Translations under genes and position numbers: made by a program | Notes under the pieces: generated by a model | Seen by the model: the letters and a program-made list of their open reading frames with translations, nothing else | What the model was told of the DNA's origin: nothing | Database searches by the model: none | Shown here: piece after piece, positions 25,630-40,918 of the stretch | Position numbering within the stretch: the first letter of the stretch is position 1 | Layout of the letters: every line of letters begins with the position of its first letter | Origin: Eledone cirrhosa | Taxonomy: Eukaryota | NCBI GenBank assembly: GCA_964016885.1 | Contig: OZ024749.1 | Coordinates: forward strand, 12,648,001 to 12,712,000 | Direction: 5' to 3' | Length of the DNA: 64,000 nucleotides

Positions 25630-25873
25630 ATGTGTATATATATATATGTGTGTATGTGTATATATATATATATGTGTGTGTATGGATATATATATATGTG
25701 TGTATGTGTATATATATATGCCTGTATGTGTATATATATATGTGTGTGTATGTGGAGATACATATGTGTGTGTATGTGGATACATATATGTGTGTGTATG
25801 TGGATACATATATGTGTGTGTATGTGGATACATATGTGTGTGTGTATGTGGATACATATGTGTGTGTGTATGT

Positions 25874-25913
<40 letters not shown>

Positions 25914-26174
25914 ATGTGTATGGTGTATTGAAGCAGTAATTTGATGGGGTATGATGTAAGATGTGGGTGTGTGTGTGTGTGTGGGGGGGGTTAAAACAAA
26001 GAACCAACTACACCACTCCTCCTACGCTAACACCTCCTCCACCCCATATAATGTCACCTTCAGATGCCACCCCTCACCACCACCATGTCACCTCTACCAC
26101 CTCCACCCCACCACCCTTATCTTGTCATCTTTCAAACCCTTCCCCACCACCACGGCCTTCATCATAATATCTCC

Positions 26175-29100
26175 AGTCACCACTATAACTACCACCACCA
26201 CCACCACCACTATCACCACTATAACTACCACCACCACCACCACCACTATCACCACTATAACTACCACCACCACCACCACTATAACTTCCACCACCACCAC
26301 CACCACCATCACCACTATAACTACCACCACCACCACCATCACCACTATAACTACCACCACCACCACCACCATCACCACTATAACTACCACCACCACCATC
26401 ACCACTATAACTACCACCACCACCACCACCACCATCACCACTATAACTACCACCACCACCATCACCACTATAACTACCACCACCACCATCACCACTATAA
26501 CTACCACCACCACCATCACCACTATAACTACCACCACCACCACCACCACCATCACCACTATAACTACCACCACCACCACCACCATCACCACTATAACTAC
26601 CACCACCACCACCACCATCACCACTATAACTACCACCACCACCATCACCACTATAACTACCACCACCACCACCACCACCACCATCACCACTATAACTACC
26701 ACCACCACCACCATCACCACTATAACTACCACCACCACCACCACCATCACCACTATAACTACCACCACCACCACCACCACTATAACTACCACCACCACCA
26801 CCACCATCACCACTATAACTACCACCACCACCACCACCATCACCACTATAACTACTACCACCACCATCACCACCACTTACTACTACCACCACCATCACCA
26901 CCACTTACTACTACCACCACCATCACTTACTACTACCAGCACCACCACCACTACTACCATCACCATCACCACTATTATTACTACCACCTCCAACACAATC
27001 ACTACCACCACCACCACCACCACAACCACTACTACCACCAGCACCACCACCATCATAACCACTACTACCACCACCATCACTACTACCACCACCACCACTA
27101 TTACTACTACTACTACCACCACCACCACCAACACAGCAATCCCCTCACCATGTCACATCCACCCCCTCCTGTCAATTTCACACCCCAACATCCCCCCCAC
27201 GATAAAGTCACCCTTACCCCACCCACCATACATAAAGAAGGGATTTTTTGTAACAATACAAAAAGTCCTTTCACAAAACAATTTCCATTGTCACGTCACC
27301 ACTACCACTACTACTACTACCATGACCACTACCACCATCACTACCACCATCACCATCACTACCACAACCACAACCACCACCACTACTACCATCATCACTA
27401 ACCTCTCTACCCAAATCATTTATCACCACCACCAGCACTACTATCTCTCTATACACAACCACTACCACTTCCACCATCACAACCATCACCAGCACCACCA
27501 CCTACTATCTCTCTACACAACCATTACACCACCACCGTCACACCCATCACCATCACAACCATCACAGTCACAACTGCCACCGCTATCTCTCTACACCACC
27601 AGCACCACCACAACCATCACCATCACAACCATCACCATCACAACCGCCGCCACTATCTCTACACAACCATTACACCACCACCGTCACAACCATCACCATC
27701 ACAACCGCCGCCACTATCTCTACACAACCATTACACCACCACCGTCACAACCGCCGCCACTATCTCTACACAACCATTACACCACCACCGTCACAACCAT
27801 CACCACCGTCACAACCATCACCATCACAACCGCCGCCACTATCTCTCTACACCACCACCGTCACAACCATCACCACCACCACCGTCACAACCATCACCAT
27901 CACAACCGCCGCCACTATCTCTACACAACCATTACACCACCACCACCGTCACAACCATCACCATCACAACTGCCACCACTATCTCTCTACACAACCATTA
28001 CACCACCACCGTCACCATCACAACTACCACCATCACAACTGCCACCACTATCTCTCTACACAACCATTACACCACCAGATAATAATTAATAGTAAGCAAG
28101 GGTGGGTGGTGTTGGTGGTTTTAAGGGTTAGCCTCAATGTGTCACCACTACCACCACCACTACTACTACTACTACCACCACTGTTGACACTAAACCTCTA
28201 CCCACCACTACGACCATTAACCATTGCATTGTATGGAGGAGAGAGGCAAGGGAGGTAAGCAGAGGTCCATTAGCTGTAACAAAAGATTTGGGGCCATAGG
28301 ACTCCAGAAACCTGGGCTGTTGAGAGGTTGATGGTAATAGTAGTAGTGGTGGTGGTGGTGTTAATTGGTTGTGATGAGAGTGGTGATGGTGGTGGTGGTG
28401 ATGGTGGTGGAAATGGTGGTGGTGATGGTGGTAGTAATAGTGGTGGTGATGGTGGTGGTGATGGTGGTGGTGATGGTGGTGGTGATGGTGGTGGTGATGG
28501 TGGTGGTAATGGTGGTGGTGGTAATAGTGATGGTGGTGGTAATAGTGGTGGTGATGGTGGTGGTGATGGTAATAGTGGTGGTGGTGATGGTGGTGGTAAT
28601 AGTGGTGGTGGTAATAGTGATGGTGGTGGAAATAGTAGTGGTGTTGGTGGTGGAAATAGTGGTGGTGATGGTGGTGATGGAGGTAGTGGTGGTAATGGCG
28701 GTGGTGTTGTTAATTGGTTGTGGTGGAGTTAATGGTTGTTGTGGTGGTAAAGAAGGATAGTAGTAATAGTAGTAGTGGTAGTAGTAGTAGTTTAGTAGTG
28801 GTAGTGGTAGTACTGGTAGCAGTTATTTCACAAAGGCATCAGATACAATTTTTGTGACAGTTATTGGTGTTGGTGGTATTAATGGTAAGGGTTGTTGATG
28901 ACAATGGGGCTAGTGGTAGTGGTGGTAGTGGTGGTAGTGGTGGTAGTGGTGGTAGTGGTGGTAGTGGTGGTAGTGGTGGTAGTGGTGACAATGGTGGTAG
29001 AAGTGGTGACAATGGTGGTATTGGTAGTAGTGGTGGTAGAAGTGGTGACAATGGTGGTATTGGTAGTAGTAGTGGTAGTGGTGACAATGGTGGTAGTGGT

Positions 29101-29430
29101 AGTAGTGGTGGTAATGGTGGCAATGGTGGTAGTGGTGGTGGTAGTAGTATTGGTGGCAATGGGGCTAGTGGTAGTAGTGGTGGTAATGGTGGTAGTGGTA
29201 GTGGTGGTGGTAGTGGTAGTGGTGGTGGTAGTGGTAGTGGTGGTGGTAATGGTGGTAGTAGTGGTAGTGGTGGTGGTAGTAGCGGTAAGTAGGTAAGTAG
29301 AGTTGGTGGCAATGGCAATAGTGTTGTTGTTGGTGGTGGTGGTAGTGGCAATAGTAGTGGTGGTAGTGGTGGTGGTGGTGGTGGTGGTAGTAGTGGCAAT
29401 AGTAGTGGTGGTAGTGGTAAGTGGTAATGG
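26175..29430. repeat. (CAC)n-rich block followed by (GGT)n-rich block
   Basis: Direct reading. Confidence 0.9.
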
Positions 29431-30110
29431 TAAGAGGAAGCTGAGACATGTTAAATAATTTATAACAACATGCTGAGTAAAAAATGTGTAAAATGCTGGG
29501 ATAATGGTTAATCCCATCTCTCTGTCTCCCCCCCCCCCCTCATATATATATATATATACACACACCTCTCTCTATATATGTAACTATCTGTGTCTCTTTC
29601 TCTCCACACACACACATATATAGATATGTATATATATGCCTCTCTCACACTGCCAGAAAGAATGTTATCCATGTTCTGTCTTGTACTTGTCAATATGTCC
29701 TACCCACATCTATCTTACTTCCAGCCCTGTCAACAATATATACCCTAGACAGCCACCCTGCTTCCCTTGTCAATAATATACCTTACCCACATCTACCCTG
29801 CTTCCCATCTTGCCAATAATACACCCTACCCACATGTCTATTCTGCTTGTCTTCTTGTTGATAATACAACCTGTATTTCTTTGTGTATAAAATATGACTT
29901 GAATATAATAATACAAACTCTGTTTCTGAAGACAGGCATAAATTACACCCTTGTGTATAAGAATACTCCCCCCCCCCCCCTCAGAGTACAGCCTGCCTGT
30001 GTAAATTATAATTCTATTTGTTCCTGGAGATAGGAATATATTACATCCTTGTATATAAGACTACTCACAACACCCCCAGAATATAGCCATGCTATCTATG
30101 TAAATTATAT

Positions 30111-30290
30111 GGCAGTATCGGTAGAGGGTCGGACGCCATGCTTTGCAGCAAAGAGTTACGGCCCTTTATGGTCTGAGTTCAAATCCCGCCGAGGTTAACT
30201 TTGCCTTTCATCCTTACAGGGTCGATAAAATAAAGTACCAGTAATACACTGGGTAATTGCTGGCCTTGTGCCAAAAGTAGAAACAATTAT
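30111..30290 (+). mobile_element. Nin/Deu-type SINE
   Basis: Same family. Confidence 0.82.
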
Positions 30291-30757
30291 AATTCTATAT
30301 GTTCTTGAAGACAGGAATAAATTACATCCTTGTGTATAAGACCACTCACCCTACCCAACTCTCTGGACAGCCATGCTGTCTATGTAAAATATAATTATAT
30401 TATTCAAATGATGCCTGGTGGTGGTAATTATGAGAGACTCACAATGAAAGGGGCAGATAATTATATAAAAGCAAGACTACATATCTGTCAAATCCCCCCC
30501 CCCCCCCGCCCCTATTATCCCTGAATAAATGGAGACACAACAAAACAAGGTAAACCTAAAAATAAACATGATGTTTAGGATCGCAATAGAATTTTGTGTC
30601 TTCTTAATATATGAATATTTCAGTGATATGTACTCTAAGTATTTCTTATCCTATAAAGATGATATTTTATTTTATATCATCATCGTCATCATCATTTTAT
30701 GTCCGCTTTTAAGTCAAATATGTAAAATTTGGCTTTGTTTATTATAAATTAAAAATT

Positions 30758-30814
30758 ACTGCTATATATATATTTCGGTGACAACCATCATTGGATGTGA
30801 CCTCTGCAGGCAGT
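30758..30814 (-). ncRNA. Hammerhead ribozyme, probably inactivated (A6 to C)
   Basis: actgc-CTGCAGA-ggtcaca...tgtcacc-GAAA-TATATATA-TA-gcagt, with a perfect 5-bp stem I. Confidence 0.6.
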
Positions 30815-30929
30815 CTGAATTGGTGTGGAAAAGACAGATACACATGTTGTTGAAGTGTGTTTTACTCCGTCAATACATCGATATGTCCAGCTCCTGAGTG
30901 TGTTGTTATTCCTCCGAGGAACTGGAATC

Positions 30930-30964
<35 letters not shown>

Positions 30965-31109
30965 TATATATATATATACACATACACACGCACACATACA
31001 TACAGTATGTATATATAGATATATACATATATATATATATATATACATATATATATACACACGCACACATACATAAATACAGTATGTATATATAGATATG
31101 TATATATAG

Positions 31110-31148
<39 letters not shown>

Positions 31149-31151
<3 letters not shown>

Positions 31152-31482
31152 AGGCACATGGCTTCGTGGTTAGAGCATTGGCTTTGCAATCGAAAGGTTG
31201 TGAGTTCAATTCTCAGATCGGGTGATGTGTTGTTTCCTTGAGCAAGACACTTTATTTCCCATTGCTCCAGTTTACTCAGCTGTAGAAATGAGATAGGGAC
31301 TGGGGTCCCTATCATTCCACTGCAAAGTGGTTGTGGAGGTGCCACGGCAAAAAAGCACCCAGCACTCACTGTAAATGAGGTTGGTGTTAGGAAGGGCATC
31401 CAGCTGTAGAAATCAAGCCAGAATCAGTTCCCATCCCACCCTTGCAAGCAGGGAAAAGCTGACGTAAAATGATGATGATGAT
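31149..31482 (+). mobile_element. CORE-type SINE
   Basis: Same family. Confidence 0.9.
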
Positions 31483-31527
<45 letters not shown>

Positions 31528-32914
31528 CACACACACACACAAAGTGGCCGTGTAGGTGTTACGGCAAAAAGCACTAGTATTCACTGTAAATGTGGTTGGC
31601 ATTAGAATGGCATCCAGTCGTAGAAGCCAAACCAAAATCAGTTCTCTATGAGCAAGGATTGGTTGGTCATCTGACCTCGACAAGCCTCAAATAGGGCAAC
31701 CCGTCTAACCCATGTTACCATAGAAAATGGCCGTTAAAATATGATACATACATACATATGTTCTTTTTATTTATATATATATATATATATATATAACTGT
31801 TGCTAGCAGGGAAAGTGGCCATTAAAACAACAATGATAATGATGATGATGATGATGATATATATATATACATTAACTTTGCCTTTCATCCTTATGGGGTC
31901 AATAAAATAAAGTACCAGTAATGCACTGAATAATTGCTGACCTTGTGCCAAAAGTAGAAACAATTATATATATATATTAGTGTGTGTGCTGTGTACATGA
32001 CCAAAAAGTAAACAATAAACAATGAATACAGCGACCCTAGTATCAGAGTACAATGAAGATTGAAGATATATTAGTTTAACACTTGTATATATATATACAC
32101 ACACACACACCACAAATATGAAAGCTGTCCACACACAGTAATATCATCCCACCACCACTATAACCACAACCACCACCACCATAACCACAACCACCACCAC
32201 CACCACCACCACCATAACCACAACCATCACCTTCTGCATTCACTCTTCCTTAGTAACAGTTAAATTGAATTGTTTCTTGACTTGTTAGAAGAAATAGTAA
32301 GAAACCAAATGTCCTTTAGAATATACCTCAACATCTTAGAATATACCTCAACATCTTAGAATATACCTCAACATCTTAAACAAAAGAAAGGACATGCTTC
32401 CTTTAATATATCTTATATACTGAAGTCAGGATGGTCACAGCTGGAATGTGCTCTGAGCAATGAATGACTGGTGGGAAGTCAGGTTTCATCTGACTTCCTT
32501 AGTGTTATTTCATTCATATAACAGCAGTAGTAGTAGTAGTAGTAGTAGTATTTGTTGCGGTGGTGGTGGTGGTAAGGTGGTGGTGGTAAGGTGGTGGTGG
32601 TAAGGTGGTGGTGGTAAGGTGGTGGTAAGGTGGTGGTGGTAAGGTGGTGGTGGTAAGGTGGTGGTTGAAAGAAAGACAAATTGAGAGGAAATGTGCATGT
32701 TTTGGAAGGGGAAGTGTGTATATGTGTGTGCATATATATGTGTGTGTGTGTGTGCGTGTGTGTGTGTGTGCGTGTGCGTGTGTGTGCGTGTGTGTGCGTG
32801 TATGAGGGGTACCACAGTTGTGCCTGTGTGTGATTTGTAAGAAGAGACAAATATACAGGTATATGTGTGTGTGTGTGTGTGTGCGTGAGGTACCACTGCG
32901 CGCGTGTGTGTGTG

Positions 32915-33572
32915 TGTATATGAGAGAGGTACCACTATTGTGTGTGTGTGTATGAGAGAGGTACCACTATTGTGTGTGTGTGTATGAGAGAAGTACCACT
33001 ATTGTGTGTGTGTGTGTATGAGAGAGGTACCACTATTGTGTGTGTGTGTATGAGAGAAGTACCACTATTATGTGTGTGTGTATGAGAGAAGTACCACTAT
33101 TGTGTGTGTGTGTGTATGAGAGAGGTACCACTATTGTGTGTGTGTGTGTATGAGAGAGGTACCACTATTGTGTGTGTGTGTATGAGAGAAGTACCACTAT
33201 TGTGTGTGTGTGTGTATGAGAGAAGTACCACTATTGTGTGTGTGTGTGTATGAGAGAGGTACCACTATTGTGTGTGTGTATGAGAGAGGTACCACTATTG
33301 TGTGTGTGTGTGTATGAGAGAAGTACCACTATTGTGTGTGTGTATATGAGAGAGGTACCACTATTGTGTGTGTGTGTATGAGAGAAGTACCACTATTGTG
33401 TGTGTGTGTATGAGAGAGGTACCACTATTGTGTGTGTGTGTATGAGAGAGGTACCACTATTGTGTGTGTGTATGAGAGAAGTACCACTATTGTGTGTGTG
33501 TGTGTGTGTGTATGAGAGAAGTACCACTATTGTGTGTGTGTGTGTGTGTGTGTGTATGAGAGAGGTACCATT

Positions 33573-33612
<40 letters not shown>

Positions 33613-34583
33613 AGAGAGGTACCACTATTGTGTGTGTGTGTGTGTGTGATTTGTAAGGGGAGATAGGATATGCAGGTATGTGAGTGTAAGGGTGGGGTGG
33701 GGAGGAAGGGGTGTACAATAAATAACAGAATGTCAACCAAAGGAGTAGTGAGGGGTTGGGTGGGGGGAAGAGGATAGTATTGGGTGGGAGGTGGGTGATG
33801 GGTGGGGTGGTGCAGAGGTGAACAAAAACAGACCAACTTGGCTTGTCAGGTGTGGTGTGTGTGTGTGTATGGTTTTGACATATGTGTGTCAGTGTGTATG
33901 GTTTTGACATATGTGTGTGTGTCTGACATGTGTGTATGTGTGTGTGTATTAACATAAATCAGTATACATAAAAATCGGCACACACACACACACATATACA
34001 TGTGTGTGTATTGTGTATATATATATTTAAACACACATTATATTAAGTGTTACAGCACCCACTCCACCACCACCACCACTACACCACCCACTACACCACC
34101 ACCACTACACTACCCACACCACCCACTCCACCACCACCACTACACCACCCACTCCACCACCACCACTACAGCACCCACTCCACCACCACCACAGCACCCA
34201 CTCCACCACCACCACCACTACATCACCCACACCACCACCATTACAGCACCACCACCACCACCACAGCACCTACACCCACTCCACCACCCACTGCACCACC
34301 ACCACTACACCACCACCACTCCACCACCACCACTACACCACCCACTCCACCACCACCACTACACCACCCACACCACCACCACTACACCACCCACTCCACC
34401 ACCACCACTACACCACCCACACCACCACCACTACATCACCCACACCACCACTACATCACCCACACCACCACTACACCGACTCCACCACCAGTCAGATTGA
34501 CCTGCTGACTTCCTTAGTTTTTCATTCATATAGTAGTGGTGGTAGTAGTAGTAGTGGTGGTAGTAGTAGTAGTGGTGGTGGTG

Positions 34584-34621
<38 letters not shown>

Positions 34622-37130
34622 GGTGGTAGTGGTAGTAGTAGTGGTGGTAGTAGTAGTAATGGTAGTAGTGATAGTAGTGGTAGTGGTGATAGTGGTGGTG
34701 GTGGTAGTAGTAGTAGTAGTAATAGTGGTAGTGGTAGTAGTAGTAGTAGTAATACACTAGTAGTAGTAGTAATACACATGTGGTTTACAGAAAGAGGGAG
34801 TAATAAATAGTAGTGTGTAAATTGGTAGAGGGAGAAAGAAAAAGAGAAAAGGAAAGAATGAGAGAGAGAGGGAGAAAGAGAGGGGGAGAACAAGAAAGAG
34901 AAAAAGACAGAGGGAGAGAAAGGTGGGTGGGGGGGCAACGATTTGTGTGTAAAAGGGGGGGGGGTATACAATGACAGGAGGGGTTTGTCTATAGAAAAGT
35001 ATTTTGGGAGGTGTGTAGAGTTATTGATTGGCTTTCTCTGTGTAAGTATGTGTGGGTGTGTGTGTAAGTATATGTGTGTGTAGGTATATATATATGTGTG
35101 TAGGTATATGTGTGTGTGTAGGTATATGTGTGTGTGTAGGTATGTGTGTGTGTGTAGGTATGTGTGTGTGTAGGTATATATGTGTGTGTAGGTATATATG
35201 TGTGTGTGTGTAGGTGTGTGTGTGTGTGTAGGTATGTGTGTGTAGGTATATGTGTGCATGTGTAGGTATGTGTGTGTGTAAGTATGTGTGTGTGTGTAGG
35301 TATATGTGTGTGTGTAAGTGTGTGCGTGTGTAAGTATGTGCGTTTGTAAGTGCGTGTGTGTGTGTGTAAGTAAATATGTGTGTGTAGGTATATATGTGTG
35401 TGTGTGTTTAAGTAAATATGTGCATGTGTAGATATGTACATGTGTGTGTGTAAGTATTGTGTGTGTATATATGCTTGTGTGTGTGTGCGTAAATGTGTGT
35501 TTATACATGTGTATGTGTGTATACATGTGTCTGTGTATACATGTGTGTGTGTGTATACATGTGTATGTGTGTATACATGTGTATGTGTGTATACATGTGT
35601 GTGTGTATACATGTGTATGTGTGTATACATGTCTGTATGTATACATGTGTCTGTGTATTAACATGTGTGTGTGTATAGTGTGTGTGTGTATACATGTGTC
35701 TGTGTGTATAGTGTGTGTGTGTATACATGTGTCTGTGTGTATAGTGTGTGTTGTAGTATAGTGTGTGTGTTGTAGTATGGTGTGTGTGTTGTAGTATGGT
35801 GTGTGTGTTGTAGTATAGTGTGTGTGTTGTAGTATAGTGTGTGTGTTGTAGTATAGTGTGTGTGTTGTAGTATAGTGTGTGTGTTGTAGTATAGTGTGTG
35901 CGTTGTAGTATAGTGTGTGTGTTGTAGTATAGTGTGTGTGTTGTAGTATAGTGTGTGTGTTGTAGTATAGTGTGTTGTAGTATAGTGTGTGTTGTAGTAT
36001 AGTGTGTGTTGTAGTATAGTGTGTGTTGTAGTATAGTGTGTGTTGTAGTATAGTGTGTGTTGTAGTATAGTGTGTGTTGTAGTATAGTGTGTGTTGTAGT
36101 ATAGTGTGTGTTGTAGTATAGTGTGTGTTGTAGTATAGTGTGTGTTGTATAGTGTGTGTTGTATAGTGTGTGTTGTAGTATGGTGTGTGTTGTAGTATAG
36201 AGTGTGTTGTGGTGTGTGTGTTGGTGTTGTGGTGTGTGTTGTAGTATGGTGTGTTGTAGTATGGTGTGTTGTGGTGTGTGTTGTAGTATGGTGTGTTGTG
36301 GTGTGTGTTGTAGTATGGTGTGTTGTAGTATGGTGTGTTGTGGTGTGTGTTGTAGTATGGTGTGTTGCGCTGTGTGTTGTAGTATGGTGTGTTGTGGTGT
36401 GTGTTGTAGTATGGTGTGTGTTGTAGTATGGTGTGTTGTGGTGTGGTGTGTGTTGTGGTCTGTGGTGTGTGTATGTGTAATGAAAGGGTTTTAAGGTGCA
36501 GTGACTTCGCTACATTGTTCACATGAAAAGAAACAGCAACTAAGTGAGAAAAGAAGAGGTTGAGAGATAAAGGGATGTGATGTGGTGGTGTGGTGCTGTT
36601 TAAAGGGATGTGGTGTTGTGGTGTTGTTTAAAGGGATGTGGTGTTGTGGTGTGGTGTTGTTAAAGGGATGTGATGTTGTGGTGTGGTGTTGTTAAAGGGA
36701 TGTGATGTTGTGGTGTTGTTTAAAGGTATGTGGTGTTGTGGTGTGGTGTTGTTAAAGGGATGTGGTGGTGTGGTGGTGTGGTGTTGTTTAAAGGGATGTG
36801 GTGTTGTGGTGTTGTTTAAAGGGATGTGGTGTTGTGGTGTTGTTTAAAGGGATGTGGTGTTGTGGTGTTGTTTAAAGGGATGTGGTGTTGTGGTGTGGTG
36901 TTGTTAAAGGGATGTGGTATTGTTTAAAGGGGTGTGGTGTTGCGGTGTTGTTTAAAGGGATGTGGTGTTGTGGTGTGGTGTTGTTAAAGGGATGTGGTGT
37001 TGTTTAAAGGGATGTGGTGTTGTGGTGTTGTTTAAAGGGATGTGGTGTTGTGGTGTTGTTAAAGGGATGTGGTGGTGTGGTGTTGTTAAAGGGATGTGGT
37101 GTTGTGGTGTGGTGTTGCTAAAGGGATGTG
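32915..37130. repeat. Compound micro/minisatellite field
   Basis: (GT)n-atgagagaggtaccactatt, (CAC)n, (TAG/TGG)n, tgtagtatagtgtg and aaagggatgtggtgttg units. Confidence 0.9.
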
Positions 37131-37321
37131 ATAACAAGAAGCAAGGGAGCTGGAGGCATATTGTAAAGAACATCACAGATTGAAAGATGAGATATTGTGT
37201 GAGCAGGTAAGATGAAGGGACTAGCATTGTTTAAAAGGATGTCTTGTAGATATTCAATGAAATCATCTGCTAACCTGTGGCTTGTCTATTGTCCATGTAT
37301 ATCAGACCACAGAAAATGCAT

Positions 37322-37560
37322 TTAACCCTTTTATAACTGCATTTCTAATGAATACACTCTATTTTAATTAATTAATAAAGAATTTCAAAGGATTTACTAA
37401 AATTATCAATTATTTCATTACCAGAATGGCAACATAATGTAAGGTTCTTATATAAGATTATGTTGGAAGATTTTAATTTAAATTGGAAACTTTTAAAATG
37501 GGTGGTTTTATTTCATAGAATCAGAGTCAGTTTTGGCTGGGTTGGTAACTAAAGAGTTAA
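37322..37560 (+). mobile_element. Second piggyBac-type MITE family
   Basis: TTAA-CCCTTTT...AAAGAG-TTAA; related to 58590-59270. Confidence 0.6.
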
Positions 37561-38107
37561 TCCAATAGTTGACATCTGGAGATGTTGAGAGTGTTTAGAG
37601 AAGTCTGGAGATGGTGAGAGTGTTTGGAGAGCTCTGGAGGTGGTGAGAGTGTTTGGAGAGCTCTGGAGGTGGTGAGAGTGTTTGGAGAGCTCTGGAGGTG
37701 GTGAGAGTGTTTGGAGAGCTCTGGAGGTGGTGAGAGTGATGGTGAGAGTGTTGGGGGGGGGGGGGAATTGGTAATTGTATAGTGTATGTTTGTAAATATA
37801 GGGTTTCTTGTAATGTTCTTTATTTTGTCATATATAATGATTTTTTAATGTAAAATAAAATTATTATTAGATCTTCAGTTGCTATATGAATCACTTACAA
37901 TAACATTTTGCTGGAGATAGATTAACAAAATTGAATAAGGGGAGGGGCATAAACGTGGGTAAGTTGGAAAAAAATCTGACAATTTAATAAGAGGGTGGTT
38001 ATTCAAGACCTGAGAGTATGTTGGTATCTATTATACACACCACACACACACACACATATATATAGATATATATATATTTATATATATATATATTTATGTA
38101 ATGTCTC

Positions 38108-38722
38108 TTTCTACATTTGGCACAAGGCAGCAATTTGAAGGGCGCGGAGAAAGTCTTATATGAACTCCAGTGCATTACTGGTACTTTATTTTATCGATGC
38201 TGTAAGGATGAAAGGCAAAGCTAACCTCTGCAAGATTTGAACTTAGAACGTAAAGGGCCATAACTATATGCTACAAAGCATGTTGTCTGACTCTCTAATA
38301 ATAATAATGGTTTCTGATTTAGACACATGGCCAGTAATTATTTTTTTTTGGGGGGGTGGGTCAATTAAATCGACCCCAGTACATTACTGGTACTTTATTT
38401 TATCGACCCCATAAGGCTGAAAGGCAAAGTTAACCTCAGCGAGATTTGAACTCCAAACTAAAGGGCCATACGTTCTGAGTTCAAATGTTGCCATGGATAT
38501 ATTGGCCTTTCATCCTTACAAGGTCAAAATAATGGTTTATTATATAGGCACAAGGCCAGCAATTTGTGGCAGGGGAGAGTTGATTAAATGGACCCCAGTG
38601 CGTGACTGGTACTTTATTTTATCGAGCTCATAAGGATAAAAGGCAAAGCTAACCGCAGTGGGATTTGAACTCAGAACATAAAGGGTCGTAACTATAAGAT
38701 GCAAAGCATGACGTCTGACTCA
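38108..38722 (-). mobile_element. Cluster of three minus-strand Nin/Deu SINEs plus one short plus-strand piece
   Basis: Repeated actggtactttattttatcga..aaaggcaaag.taacc..gatttgaact. Confidence 0.78.
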
Positions 38723-39417
38723 TAAAATGCACCCTGTACACCCTGAAGAAATCATATCAAGAAAGGACATGGTCATCCTGACTTTTGTGTTGTCTCTGAC
38801 TGAGAGAAACTGTCCAACCCACACCAGTGAGGGAAACATTGATCATGTAAGGCAATGGTGGTGGTGGTGGTGATGATGGTGGTGGTGGTGATGGTGATGA
38901 TGGGTGGGACCATTATGGAGACAATCAGACTCATTTCTATGTGGGATGTTTATGGGGTTAGCTAGTGTTACAGAGAGAGAGAGAGGGAGAGAGAGGGGGA
39001 GGGAGGGAGAGGGGGAGAGAGAGGGGGGAGAGAGAGGAGGGAGAAAGGGAGGAGGGGAGAAAGAGAGAGGGAGATATATAGAGGGAAAGAGAAAGAGAGG
39101 GAAAGAGAAAGAGAGGGAGAGAGAGAGAGGGGGGAGAGGGGGGAGAGAGAGGGGGGGAGAGAGAGAGAGATTAGGGATTTTATTGAGGGTGAACATAAGT
39201 TCCTTTGATCCCTAAGTCTGATAACCACCACAATGGACTTCCCTTATGACTTTTATATCAACTATAAATACTACCCAACACTTCCACCACTCTCATATAT
39301 ATATAACCCCCCCCAACCCTTTATAGTTTAAGTGTTCACAAGCAGGATAATATAAGCTGTATATTATATTCCAAACAAAAGTACTTCTGTAAAAGAAGCT
39401 TTTATACATACATACAT

Positions 39418-39784
39418 GGCTGATGTGTTGTTTCCTTGAGCAAGACACTTTATTTTACATTGCTCCAGTTTACTCAGCTGTAGAAATGAAATGATAGTGA
39501 TTGGGGTCCCTATCATTCCACTGCAAAGTGGTCGTGGAGGTGCCACGGCAAAAAAGCACCCAGCCCACACTGTAAAGTGGACGTGGAGGTGCCACGGCAA
39601 AAAAGCACCCAGCCCACACTGTAAATGAGGTTGGTGTTAGGAAGGGCATCCAGCTGTAGAAATCAAGCCAGATTCATTTTCTGTATGAGCAAGACAAGGT
39701 CAGCCGACCGGACACTGCCCACAACAGGACAACTCGTCTAACCCATGCTAGTGTGGAAGAACGGACGTAAAACGGTGATGATGA
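39418..39784 (+). mobile_element. CORE-type SINE, head deleted, 49-bp unit duplicated, longer LINE-like tail
   Basis: Same body; two copies of cgtggaggtgccacggcaaaaaagcacccagcccacactgtaaa. Confidence 0.85.
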
Positions 39785-40019
39785 TACACATATACACATA
39801 CATAGAATCATACATGCATAAATTACATACACACATATATATATATAATACATACATTACACACACACATGTATATAATAAATGATAATACTAATCCTTG
39901 GTCTTATTGAATCTTGAATGTGTATATAATATATATATATGTGTATATAATATATATATATTGCTTGAATGTGTATATAATATATATATATATATATGTG
40001 TATATAATATATATATATT

Positions 40020-40630
40020 GCTGGATGTGCAATAGTAATATACGTGAACGGCAAAGCATAAACGAACTAAGGAAAAAATTAGAAATAAGAGGGATCAGAT
40101 GTTGTTTACTCGAGAGAAGGCTACGTTGGTACGGTCACGTGATGCGCATGAAAGACGACAGCTGTATAACAAAGTGCAGGGCAATAAAGATAGACGGTAG
40201 CCACGGAGTAGGCAGACCCAGAAAAACATGGGACGAGCTGATAAATTCCGACCTCACACGCTTACACCTCTCCAAGACAATGTCACTGGACCGAGACCTT
40301 TGGCGGTACTCAGTAATAGAGAAGACCCGCCTTACCTAAATACAAAGTAAAAACCTACTACAGTCAGTAGGCATCCTATCAAAACACACCCCCGTCCCAC
40401 CACCTCCACCCCACCCACACCGCCCCTTTCAATGTAAAGTTATGTTGGTCCCACAACATCCAGGCCGAAACAAATGAGATCGTGTAGGTGTCACGACAAA
40501 AAACACACAGTCCACGCTGTAAATGTGGCCGTGTAGGCAACACGGTAAAAACCTCCCAGCCCCACACTGTAAATGTGTAAACCCATGCAAGCGTGGAACA
40601 CGGACGCTAAACCTGATGATGATGATGATA
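40020..40630 (+). mobile_element. Short 5'-truncated copy of the same RTE LINE (3' end only, internal UTR deletion)
   Basis: 40020-40577 is the reverse complement of 41179-41736 (same peptide WMCNSNIRE...IEKTRLT); it then jumps to the terminal cccatgcaagcgtggaacacggacgctaaacc(tga)n. Confidence 0.9.
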
Positions 40631-40830
40631 TATACACACACATTTTTTCATTTCATTTTACGTCCGCTTTTTCCCTGCTTGCAAGGGTGGGACATATATA
40701 TATATAAAGTTATATTTAAAAATTGTTGGGTTACAACTAGTAAATATTTATAACTGATATAAAAGCACTCGACAAATATTTGGAGTATATTTACAATATT
40801 AAATAAATGGAAAACTATATTTATAAAACC

Positions 40831-40907
40831 ATATCTATTTCATTATATATATTTCGGGGATATCATATTAACAATATGCTATGCCTTCATCAGACAAAAT
40901 ACAATAT
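40831..40907 (-). ncRNA. Minimal hammerhead ribozyme
   Basis: tcatcag 40887-40893 and tttc 40852-40855; TATATA stem III; the stem II closing pair is mismatched. Confidence 0.68.
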
Positions 40908-40918
40908 AAACAGTTTTA

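Noticed and set aside
20370-36522. Long Pro/Thr/His/Gly-rich ORFs (mucin- or extensin-like)
   Set aside because: Trinucleotide and dinucleotide satellites with no splice or codon evidence.
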